Below, one piece after another: positions 56,030-64,000 of a stretch of DNA of 64,000 nt. A program made the position numbers and the translations under genes. Every line of letters begins with the position of its first letter. Position 1 is the first letter of the stretch. The stretch is from a virus (Duplodnaviria > Heunggongvirae > Uroviricota > Caudoviricetes), in IMG/VR virus record IMGVR_UViG_3300003323_000621, positions 8,153-72,152 of that record. One strand, given 5' to 3'. The notes below the pieces were generated by a model. The model saw only the letters and a list, made by a program, of their open reading frames with translations. It made no database searches and was not told the DNA's origin.

Positions 56030-57088
56030 ATGAGTTCTCCTTTAACAACTTTATTTGTTCTTCCTGCTGGTAATACTTTACCTACTACTGGATCTACAGA
56101 TGCTTTAACTCCAGGTAAATTTGGAGTATACAGGAATGATTATAGTGTAGCTACTACTGGTAATATAGCAGCAGCTCCATATATCTATCTTGCTCAAGGT
56201 AGGATTGAAAATGTACCTGGCCTTGGTAGTAAAAGAAGTGAAAAGCTTTATAAAGCTAATGTAATAGAATGGTATAAAGTACCAGCTATCACAACTTCTC
56301 AAGTACAAATAAGTGCTATAGGTAATAGTGGTGGTGCATCTACAGATGATATTGTAGGTCCTAAGTGTGATGAGCAATGGAGTTTGACTTTGAGACTTTT
56401 CTCAAGTTATATTGATTTGGCATACTTTAATGGTCTTACCAGATCCTTTACTTATGTAACTGAGTGTTGTGATGATTGTGGTACTGGTGATTGTGGTACT
56501 GCTAATATACCCAATTTAGTAGCATTTTTTGTAAATGCAATTAATACTGATCCTGTAATTTCTCAATATGTTACAGCAGCTGCAGTATCTAATGGTGGAT
56601 TAAATGGTATTACTATTACTGGTAAAGCTCTTAATAAATATGCACAGCCTTGTGATATTACTGCATTCCCTTATGAATATGATAAACTGAGATTCCAAAC
56701 TTGGTTCTATCAAGGTGCAGCTACTTCTCAAGATTATCTTATATATGATATTTGTGAACAAATTCCTGTAACAGTAGTTCAAACTTCTACTTATCCTACA
56801 GGTAGTGGATCTGAAATTCAATTACTTGAATTAAGAACATACAGCTATCAAACTACATACAAACATGTGTTTAAATATGCAGTATATAATGGTGCTTATA
56901 CATCTTATGTAAATACTGCTCTTAACTATGATACTTACTATATCAAAGTTAAGGATCCAGATAAACAAACCTGGGGTGATTACATCCTTGAGGATGAAAC
57001 AGTAATAATTGCTGTACCTACAGGTGAAACAGCAACCTTAGAAACATTGTTAGTAACATTCTTTGGTCCTGTAACTGTAATTAACTAA
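56030..57088 (+). CDS. hypothetical structural protein (352 aa)
   Basis: ORF track; Thr/Ser/Gly-rich with a CCDDCGTGDCGT motif. Confidence 0.5.
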   Translation: MSSPLTTLFVLPAGNTLPTTGSTDALTPGKFGVYRNDYSVATTGNIAAAPYIYLAQGRIENVPGLGSKRSEKLYKANVIEWYKVPAITTSQVQISAIGNSGGASTDDIVGPKCDEQWSLTLRLFSSYIDLAYFNGLTRSFTYVTECCDDCGTGDCGTANIPNLVAFFVNAINTDPVISQYVTAAAVSNGGLNGITITGKALNKYAQPCDITAFPYEYDKLRFQTWFYQGAATSQDYLIYDICEQIPVTVVQTSTYPTGSGSEIQLLELRTYSYQTTYKHVFKYAVYNGAYTSYVNTALNYDTYYIKVKDPDKQTWGDYILEDETVIIAVPTGETATLETLLVTFFGPVTVIN

Positions 57089-57175
57089 TTTTTTTTGGTT
57101 TGATTATACTACTCCCTAAAGTGGAAGGAAAGAAATAAACTTTCTTTCCACTTTTTTAATTTAAAACCATATATA

Positions 57176-57655
57176 ATGAATACTTTAAATAAAGATGCAC
57201 TTAATATTATTAAATCTTATGAAGGATTAGTATTAACAGCATATCCAGATCCAGCAACAAAAGATGATCCTATAAAAAAGGGAGAACCTTGGACTATAGG
57301 ATATGGAACTACTATATATCCTAATGGAGTAAAAGTAAAAAAGGGAGATAAGATTACAGAAGCTCAAGCTATAGAATATTTACAACATGATATTAACACT
57401 AAAAGAGTTCCTGTTGTAAAATCTTTAGTAAAAAAAGAGATAAATGATAATCAGTTTGGAGCTTTAATATCATTTGTATATAATTTAGGAGAAGGTAATT
57501 TTAAATCTTCTACACTACTTAAAAAAATAAATGCTAATCCCAATGATCCATCTATAGCAGATGAGTTTGCCAAATGGAATAAAGCTAATGGTAAAGTATT
57601 AAGTGGATTAACAAAAAGAAGAAAGGCAGAGGCTGATCTTTATTTTAAAAAATAA
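57176..57655 (+). CDS. endolysin, GH24 phage lysozyme (T4 e / lambda R-like)
   Basis: IIKSYEGLVLTAYPDPA ... PWTIGYGTT (catalytic Glu ... Asp ... Thr-Ile-Gly-Tyr-Gly hallmark), ALISFVYNLG. Confidence 0.85.
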   Translation: MNTLNKDALNIIKSYEGLVLTAYPDPATKDDPIKKGEPWTIGYGTTIYPNGVKVKKGDKITEAQAIEYLQHDINTKRVPVVKSLVKKEINDNQFGALISFVYNLGEGNFKSSTLLKKINANPNDPSIADEFAKWNKANGKVLSGLTKRRKAEADLYFKK

Positions 57656-57657
57656 TT

Positions 57658-58194
57658 ATGGCAAATCCAGTTTTAGATATTACATTAATACCAACTTACT
57701 CAACAAAAACTATAGGGTTTGCTGACATAACTCCATTTCCTATAGGTTATAATGTATCTAATTCTAATATTGAAATAACTGCTCCAGGATTTAGAAAAGT
57801 ATCTGCTAACTTTGTAGCAAAGTCTGTAAATGTTTATAATGCTAATAATATAAATATTTGCGCAGCAGGTGAACCTTTATCACCTTTACCAGATGGTATA
57901 TGGACAGTTAAATACTCTATTGCTCCTAATAATCTATTATTTGTAGAAAAGAGTTTTATAAGGACAGAAGTAATAGAATGTAAATATGCAAAGGCATTTC
58001 TTAAATTAGATTTATCTGAATGTGATAATGAAATTAAGAAATCAAGAAAGCAAATACTAAAGAAAATAAGATTATTTATAGATGGAGCAGTTGCTTCAGC
58101 TAATGATTGTGATCTTGAAGGAGCAATGAAATTGTATAATAAAGCTAATGAAATGTTAGATAGGTTTATAGATGGAGAGTGTGATTGTAAATAA
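57658..58194 (+). CDS. hypothetical protein (178 aa), C-terminal Cys motif
   Basis: ORF track; ends DGECDCK. Confidence 0.45.
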   Translation: MANPVLDITLIPTYSTKTIGFADITPFPIGYNVSNSNIEITAPGFRKVSANFVAKSVNVYNANNINICAAGEPLSPLPDGIWTVKYSIAPNNLLFVEKSFIRTEVIECKYAKAFLKLDLSECDNEIKKSRKQILKKIRLFIDGAVASANDCDLEGAMKLYNKANEMLDRFIDGECDCK

Positions 58195-58205
58195 AAACTA
58201 ATTAT

Positions 58206-58418
58206 ATGGCAGTTTGTAAAGGATGTGGACAATCTTTTGGATGTGGGTGTCAATTAACAAATGGATTATGTGCTTCATGTTATATGAAACTCAGTGAAAA
58301 AAATAATACTTCATCAACATCAATTCAAAAGTCTTATGGAGAATTAACTAAGGAAAAAAGAGTTGATAAAATCAATGAGACTATAAATAGTATAATTAAT
58401 AAGAACAAAGTAAATTAA
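58206..58418 (+). CDS. small Cys-rich protein (70 aa)
   Basis: CKGCGQSFGCGCQ ... CASC zinc-ribbon-like. Confidence 0.45.
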   Translation: MAVCKGCGQSFGCGCQLTNGLCASCYMKLSEKNNTSSTSIQKSYGELTKEKRVDKINETINSIINKNKVN

Positions 58419-58419
58419 T

Positions 58420-58713
58420 ATGGTAGCTTTAAAACTTGTTGAATGTGCTTCTGGTAATTGTAGTTCATCATTATCAAATTATAATGATTTACTAAGCCAG
58501 ATAGATAGTAAGCTACATAAGATTAGTATGTTAGAATATAACAATAATATTTTATTTTTAAAAAAGAAATCTAATTGTATATATTGTGATATATTTGAAG
58601 ATTTGAAATATTATCAGATTATCTTGCATAGAAAGTTATCTAATGATGAATGTTTAAGACATATAGATATAAAAGAGATAATATCTAAAATCAAGAGATT
58701 AATAAATACCTAA
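58420..58713 (+). CDS. hypothetical protein (97 aa)
   Basis: ORF track. Confidence 0.45.
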   Translation: MVALKLVECASGNCSSSLSNYNDLLSQIDSKLHKISMLEYNNNILFLKKKSNCIYCDIFEDLKYYQIILHRKLSNDECLRHIDIKEIISKIKRLINT

Positions 58714-58731
58714 TAAATTAATATAATTATT

Positions 58732-59838
58732 ATGGGTTCAGGATGCAATCCTACAAAAATAAATGGTTGTGCTGGTAAAAGAATATCTTCAGATTGTGTA
58801 CTTTATCAGGGAGAGCCAAATACTAAACTTGGTATTTGTACAGGAGATACTGTAACAGAAGTAGAATCTGCACTTATCAATGCAATATCTAATCTTGATA
58901 CTACAGTAACAGGAGATGAGATTTCTTTGAATACACTTACTATAACTTGTCAGGGAGTAATAAGTCTTTTAGGATCAAATACTAAAAATATAACTAATGT
59001 ATTATCAGCAATAATACAGTATACTTGTCAGTTACAAACACAAATAAATAATATAAATACTACTATAGGTGGTAATGGAGGATCAGGAACTCTTGATAAG
59101 AAATGTCTTAATCCAACAACTAATAATTTATATGGAATAGTTCAAGCTTTAATAGATACTGTTTGTACTCTTAAAACTCAAGTAGATAATTTAGGTGGAG
59201 ATGTAACTGTTGTTATAGAAGAAGGAACTGGAAATTTCTTAAATGCAGCTGTAAAATCTTGTGGTAATTATGGTGTAACAAAATCAGGTTCTGGACAGAA
59301 TTTTACTATGAGTTTTTATGGTTTTGTTCCTCCTTATTGTCCAATAGCTTATTATGGACCTTTATCTAATTTTGATGCAACAGGTAAAGGAATTGATACT
59401 TCTGCTTATTGTGGATGGTATTTATGTAATGGAGCTAATGGTACTCCAGATTTAAGAGGAAGAGTACTTGTAGGATCAGTAAATGATATACAAGGTGGTG
59501 GTACTTTAGATGCTGCAGTTAATCCTACAAATCCAATTAATGCTACAGGAAATGTAGCTTATACAATGGGAACCAAATTTGGAGAGAATTTTCATGCATT
59601 AAGTGTAAATGAATTACCTTCTCATAATCACACTGTTAATGATCCAGGTCACTCACATGTCTACCCAAGAGTTACAGCTGATGGTAGAGGTGGTGATAGT
59701 AGTAAAGAAGCAACAGCTACTAGTGGAACTACAGATGCAGCATTTACCAATATTACAATAAATAATACAGGTGGAAATTTGTCTCATGAAAATAGACAAC
59801 CTTCTTTTGCTGTAGCTTATATAATGAGAATAAACTAA
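58732..59838 (+). CDS. tail fibre protein with C-terminal phage tail-collar domain
   Basis: YCGWYLCNGANGTPDLRGRVLVG ... GENFHALSVNELPSHNHT matches the collar-domain pattern C.G..GT.DLRGR..G...G....L....P.H.H. Confidence 0.75.
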   Translation: MGSGCNPTKINGCAGKRISSDCVLYQGEPNTKLGICTGDTVTEVESALINAISNLDTTVTGDEISLNTLTITCQGVISLLGSNTKNITNVLSAIIQYTCQLQTQINNINTTIGGNGGSGTLDKKCLNPTTNNLYGIVQALIDTVCTLKTQVDNLGGDVTVVIEEGTGNFLNAAVKSCGNYGVTKSGSGQNFTMSFYGFVPPYCPIAYYGPLSNFDATGKGIDTSAYCGWYLCNGANGTPDLRGRVLVGSVNDIQGGGTLDAAVNPTNPINATGNVAYTMGTKFGENFHALSVNELPSHNHTVNDPGHSHVYPRVTADGRGGDSSKEATATSGTTDAAFTNITINNTGGNLSHENRQPSFAVAYIMRIN

Positions 59839-59843
59839 TAAAC

Positions 59844-61202
59844 ATGCCTTGTCAAAATTGTAATAGTAGTAGTGGATCTTTTTCATTACCAACAAACTTA
59901 AATGTTAATACATGTGATGATGTCTATTATGACAGTCAATGTATTGTATATAGTGGGCCAAATTTAACATGTATGGGTGTTAGTACAAATACATGTTTAC
60001 AAGATATATTACAAAATATAGATACTAAAATTTGTCAAAATGTAGGTGATTACTCTCAATATAATTTTAATTGTTTAGCTTCTCAATATGTAATAAATAC
60101 AGAAGCAGATTTTGTAGATGCTATTACAGATTATACTTGTACTATAAATACTAATTTACAGACAGTAATAAATACTACAATTCCAAATCTTCAAACTAAT
60201 TTACAGAATCAGATAAATGCTATTAAGAATCCCAATTTAAGTTCTCCTTGTTCTTCTATAGTATATGGAACATCTAGCACACTTAATCAGGTTATAACAG
60301 CAATATCCAATTCTGTATGTACATTATATACAAATATATCTGATATTAGTACAGCAAACTGGAATACATGTTATTCTGTACCAGTTCCTCCTACTACTTT
60401 AGTAGGAGCATTTAATATTTTAATTTCACAAATATGTGATATTAAAAATACTTCAACTGCTCTTCCTGTATTTAATAATACAACTTCTTGTTTACCTTCT
60501 CCAGGTGCTACAGATACTTTAGTAGACACTATAAATAAGATAAAAACAAGACTTTGTCAAACTCCTACATATAATCCAGGAGTATATACTTCTTCTTGTG
60601 TACAAATATCAGGAGCTACTACATTAGATCAATTAAATCAAGCTATTTTAGCTAGGATAGATGCTTTATCTCAAAATATTGTAAATATATTTGATTCAGG
60701 TGATTTTACTGTTACTAATGTAGATAATACAGACTTATGTCTTGGTAAAAAAGTAGCTTTATCTTCTCCATCTTCACAAGATAGATTTGTAGCCTCTACT
60801 ACTTCAGACTCTTCCCCAGGTACTTTACAAGATAAATTAGTTCAAGGTTCAAATGTAACTTTAGATTATGTAACTACTCCAGGTAAGGTAATAATTAATT
60901 CTACAGCCACAGGTACAGTAGATGATCATAAAGTAATGACTTTATCTTCTGACCCTACTCCAGATTATCTTGGTAACAAGGTTGAGGGAGCAGTTGTAGG
61001 ACCACTTGCAATTACTACTACTATAGTAGCTAATAAAGTTAGAATTAGTCCAGTAGTAGATTTAGAAGCTTTATGGTATGCTTTAATTGATGAAGCAAAT
61101 GGTAATCCTATACTTAAACAAGCTATTTGTACATTTGTTAATTCTTGTCCTATTGCTTGTGTTGCTCCAACAAATGTTTCAGCAACATATTCAGTAACAT
61201 AA
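59844..61202 (+). CDS. tail fibre-like protein (paralogous N-terminal repeat modules)
   Basis: Ser/Thr-rich; repeated [VI]xxAIxxxxCTLxTxI modules shared with the preceding gene. Confidence 0.5.
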   Translation: MPCQNCNSSSGSFSLPTNLNVNTCDDVYYDSQCIVYSGPNLTCMGVSTNTCLQDILQNIDTKICQNVGDYSQYNFNCLASQYVINTEADFVDAITDYTCTINTNLQTVINTTIPNLQTNLQNQINAIKNPNLSSPCSSIVYGTSSTLNQVITAISNSVCTLYTNISDISTANWNTCYSVPVPPTTLVGAFNILISQICDIKNTSTALPVFNNTTSCLPSPGATDTLVDTINKIKTRLCQTPTYNPGVYTSSCVQISGATTLDQLNQAILARIDALSQNIVNIFDSGDFTVTNVDNTDLCLGKKVALSSPSSQDRFVASTTSDSSPGTLQDKLVQGSNVTLDYVTTPGKVIINSTATGTVDDHKVMTLSSDPTPDYLGNKVEGAVVGPLAITTTIVANKVRISPVVDLEALWYALIDEANGNPILKQAICTFVNSCPIACVAPTNVSATYSVT

Positions 61203-61212
61203 TTTATATAAA

Positions 61213-62601
61213 ATGGTAAATGTAACATTAAACTGGACAGGACAAGCAGGTACAAATTTCTATCTTGTTCAGTTCAAAAAAGATGGAGATACAGCTTGGT
61301 CAACACCACCTGCAGGTAATCCAACTACATTATTAACATATGTAATAAATAATTTATTACCTGATACTGTTTATACATTTAGAATAAGTTCTTATTGTGA
61401 TAATACAATAAGAAATTCTGTTACTATACAAAAGAAATCACCTCCTGCAAGTACTCCAGAATGGATTATAAATACTTTTACTTGTGAACAAGAAACAGTT
61501 TTTGATCTAGATTCTCAAATAACAGGACTATCTTCTCCTGCAAAATTAATGTATGACTCTACAACTGGTAGAGTATATGGTACTGATATGGATAATGTAA
61601 ATGGTTGTTTTTTTTGGTATTTACCAACAGCAACTACACCAGGAGGGTTTACTTATATTCAGCCAATATTATCAGGAAGTGTACCTCCAGCTCAGAGATT
61701 TTATTATGCATCTGAGGTAGATCCTTTATATAGAAGATTATATACAGTAGGTAAAGATACAGATGGATTACAAATATATGATATAGCAAGTAACACTGTT
61801 AGTGTTATTCCTTATGGTTATAATGTAAATGTTCCTCCTAATCCTGTATCAGGAAATGGATTTAATAGATATTTGATAAAGTTACTTGAAGATGAAATTA
61901 TATGTAATGATACATATTCAGCAACTCTTACAAGAATAAATAGAACATCATTAACTCTTACAGCCAGTACTCCTTTATCTAGTATAGCAGATTCAGAAAA
62001 ATGCTTGATAGGAAGTCCTGCTATTCATAGAGTTGGAAATGAATATTGGGTATTACAAAGTCAAGCTAACTTAACTATAGCTCCAGATCAGGAACCTCAT
62101 GTGTTTAAGTACAATCTTACCTTTAGTAATACACCAACAATTATAGATTTATCAAGTGTATCTAATGTATGGACAGGTGGAGGAAATTCTTATTGGAGAG
62201 CTTCTTACCAAGTTGGTAATTTTATCTATGTTTTAGATATTGGTAGTAATAATTTAATAAAGATAGATACAACTACAGATGCAGTTACTGTTGTAAAAAA
62301 CTTTGATAATAGATCTGATAAAACTAATACTATAGTTAGTTTTATTAGAGACCCAATAACTAATGAGTTATTTTTGAGTGGTTCTTATTTAAATGATCCA
62401 GCAGATTTATCTCCAGTTCAATTTAGTTATAAATGGGATGAAGCAACAGATACTCCTATATATATTTATCCTACTGTGCAATTTAGTAATCTAACACAAA
62501 TTGGAACAACTAATGAATTACATGGAGCTACTCCTAATGCTGTAGCTTGGGTTGGTGGTCCATGGAATACAGATGGTATAATAAATAAATTCTTAAGATA
62601 A
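61213..62601 (+). CDS. tail protein with N-terminal fibronectin-III-like domain (receptor-binding candidate)
   Basis: N-terminal VTLNWTGQAGTNFYLVQFKKDGDTAWSTP...PDTVYTFRISSYC Fn3-like pattern. Confidence 0.45.
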   Translation: MVNVTLNWTGQAGTNFYLVQFKKDGDTAWSTPPAGNPTTLLTYVINNLLPDTVYTFRISSYCDNTIRNSVTIQKKSPPASTPEWIINTFTCEQETVFDLDSQITGLSSPAKLMYDSTTGRVYGTDMDNVNGCFFWYLPTATTPGGFTYIQPILSGSVPPAQRFYYASEVDPLYRRLYTVGKDTDGLQIYDIASNTVSVIPYGYNVNVPPNPVSGNGFNRYLIKLLEDEIICNDTYSATLTRINRTSLTLTASTPLSSIADSEKCLIGSPAIHRVGNEYWVLQSQANLTIAPDQEPHVFKYNLTFSNTPTIIDLSSVSNVWTGGGNSYWRASYQVGNFIYVLDIGSNNLIKIDTTTDAVTVVKNFDNRSDKTNTIVSFIRDPITNELFLSGSYLNDPADLSPVQFSYKWDEATDTPIYIYPTVQFSNLTQIGTTNELHGATPNAVAWVGGPWNTDGIINKFLR

Positions 62602-63065
62602 TGGCAAATACAGGTGTAGTTATTCCTCTTACTTTAAAAGAGGTATTACCTCCAATTCCACCAGGAACACCAACAGGTAATACCAAACCAAATAGTCCTT
62701 CTGATCCTGATTATATAGCTCCTTATATAGATACTGTACAATGTCCTGTAGTATACAATTTAAATTGTCCTACTGGAATAATCTTTACAGGTATCACTGG
62801 ACAGTTTACATTTGAATTTTCATTACCTAATTCAGTGGTAATGAATCCTGTAGTAAAAAAAGTAAAATATATTGTATATAACAGTGGATCAGTTGAAGTA
62901 GCAAATTTTGTAGTAGTATTACCAAACACTAGTCCAAATTACTTTACACATACTTTTACAGGACTTAGTACTGACACTTATTCAATGAATGTTGAATATC
63001 TTAATGCTTCTGATGTTGTACAAGCTACATGCACAAATGTAATTCCAGCAGTAGATGTACTCTAG
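62601..63065 (+). CDS. hypothetical tail-associated protein (154 aa)
   Basis: ORF track; start overlaps the preceding stop. Confidence 0.45.
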   Translation: MANTGVVIPLTLKEVLPPIPPGTPTGNTKPNSPSDPDYIAPYIDTVQCPVVYNLNCPTGIIFTGITGQFTFEFSLPNSVVMNPVVKKVKYIVYNSGSVEVANFVVVLPNTSPNYFTHTFTGLSTDTYSMNVEYLNASDVVQATCTNVIPAVDVL

Positions 63066-63080
63066 TAAAAAAGAATAAAT

Positions 63081-63317
63081 ATGGCTAAATTAACAGTAAA
63101 TTATACAATACCTTCTTTAACATCAATAAGAATTGGTTACAGAATATCTGGTTCTAGTACACCATTTACTTATGTAGCACCAAATCCAACTTACTTGGAT
63201 TCACCTTATTTAATAGATGGTATTCCAGCAGGAGATTATGAGTTAGAACTTACTACTATTTGTAGTAATTGTAGTACACCATCTGATCCAGTAGTAATTC
63301 AAGCAGAAAGTCTATAA
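63081..63317 (+). CDS. small Ig/Fn3-like protein (78 aa)
   Basis: LTVNYTIP...IRIGYRISGS...GDYELELTTIC beta-sandwich-like pattern. Confidence 0.4.
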   Translation: MAKLTVNYTIPSLTSIRIGYRISGSSTPFTYVAPNPTYLDSPYLIDGIPAGDYELELTTICSNCSTPSDPVVIQAESL

Positions 63318-63374
63318 AATATTAAAACTTTTGTCAATGTCCATAAAAGCTGGTTTTTTGGTTTTCCAGTTTTG

Positions 63375-63406
63375 GCTCCAACCTTTCTAGGTTATGGAGC
63401 TTTTTT
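63375..63406 (+). terminator. rho-independent terminator at the end of the tail-fibre block
   Basis: Hairpin GCTCCA-ACCTTTCTAGGTTA-TGGAGC followed by TTTTTT. Confidence 0.55.
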
Positions 63407-63498
63407 ATTTCTAATATTCTCTATTAGAAATTCTATAAAAATATTTGGTCAGGTAGTAAAATGATCTTATCTTTGAGCTTATAACCAAAAATTACATA

Positions 63499-64000
63499 AT
63501 GTCTAAGGAAACATTAATAGCTGATTTACTTAAATATGGTAAACAAAAAGGTAAAACTTGGTCAGATTATGCTATAACTCATAATATCAGTCAAGGAAAA
63601 TCTAATGTTCAAAGGGGTAAAGCAGCAAATGATATTTGGAGATCCCACCTTAAAAATACTTCAGAAGAAGATTTATTGTTACATGGTATAACAGATACAG
63701 AAGAAAAAAATCTTTCTTCTACCAGAAATAAAGAAAGAGAAGCAAAAGCAAAAATAATGTTTGATTCTCTAAATATTGAAAGTGAAGAAGCAAAATGGAG
63801 AGACAATTTATATGTATCTCAAAAAGAAGAAGACATTAAAAATTTACCTGAATTTAAACTCACATCTACAAATTTAGATAAATCCTGGCATGAAACTAAA
63901 GATTCAGCTAAAGTTGAAATAACTTCTCCTAATGAAGTTAAAAATGTAGAAGAGTTAATTAAGATTTGTAATATAAATACTAATATTTGGGAAGCAGATT
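63499..64000 (+). CDS. hypothetical protein, partial (runs off the window end)
   Basis: ATG at 63499 after the terminator; open frame MSKETLIADLLKYGKQKGKTWSDYAITHNISQGK... continues to position 64000 without a stop. Confidence 0.45.
   Translation, partial: MSKETLIADLLKYGKQKGKTWSDYAITHNISQGKSNVQRGKAANDIWRSHLKNTSEEDLLLHGITDTEEKNLSSTRNKEREAKAKIMFDSLNIESEEAKWRDNLYVSQKEEDIKNLPEFKLTSTNLDKSWHETKDSAKVEITSPNEVKNVEELIKICNINTNIWEAD

Noticed and set aside
41236-63806. Minus-strand ORFs within the plus-strand late module (41236..41520, 43419..43742, 48451..48648, 51307..51810, 53323..53556, 56105..56377, 56600..56821, 57834..58253, 59653..59895, 60965..61255, 62723..62929, 63609..63806)
   Set aside because: All lie antisense to longer, motif-supported plus-strand genes. 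41236..41520 lies over the terminator/promoter gap. Their translations are Ser/Leu/Phe/Ile-rich low-complexity strings typical of antisense frames of AT-rich coding DNA.
1-64000. CRISPR array, integrase/transposase or other mobile-element boundary, retron or DGR reverse transcriptase
   Set aside because: No regularly spaced direct repeats with unique spacers were seen. No tyrosine or serine recombinase, transposase or reverse-transcriptase motifs (YxDD) were recognised in any ORF. The window appears to be an internal part of a lytic phage genome.

Overview
This window is an AT-rich (about 30% GC by eye) tailed dsDNA phage genome segment, not a bacterial chromosome region. It has two opposed transcriptional modules. 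Positions 1 to about 39,940 carry roughly 75 genes, all on the minus strand: replication, recombination, nucleotide metabolism and many small early or accessory proteins. Positions 40,130 to 64,000 carry the packaging, head, lysis and tail-fibre genes, all on the plus strand. The replication module includes a family B DNA polymerase, a DnaG-like primase, a DnaB-like helicase, an SF2 helicase, a Sak4-like ATPase, uracil-DNA glycosylase, a RecB/Cas4-like nuclease and an Hjc-like resolvase. The late module includes an HNH/EndoVII nuclease, large terminase, portal, scaffold-like protein, major capsid candidate, GH24 lysozyme and collar-domain tail fibres. The two modules meet at a roughly 950 bp non-coding switch region (39.2 to 40.1 kb) containing repeats, a palindrome and G-tracts. 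I could fold five tRNAs by hand: Arg-TCT, Met-CAT, Leu-TAA, Asn-GTT and Trp-CCA. There is also a 420-nt element between two ORFs at 30,657..31,076 (minus) whose 5' and 3' ends closely match tmRNA (ssrA) tRNA-like domains; its only long internal frame ends in AVMA rather than the canonical ALAA. Other notable accessory content is listed here. A MoxR-type AAA+ ATPase is paired with a VWA (MIDAS) protein that carries a very large acidic disordered insert. A truncated ClpX/HslU-like AAA+ ATPase lies about 4 kb from the tmRNA. Three tandem paralogous small genes sit next to tRNA-Arg. A cluster of Bacteroidota-style lipoproteins and membrane proteins (including an SPFH/band-7 lipoprotein and an amidoligase-like gene) spans 27.4 to 37.8 kb. 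Four non-coding islands of 0.5 to 0.74 kb are unexpectedly large for a compact phage genome. The lipoprotein export-signal pattern (Cys followed by Q/S-K-D/E) suggests a Bacteroidota host. All functional calls rest on motif recognition by eye; no database search was possible.
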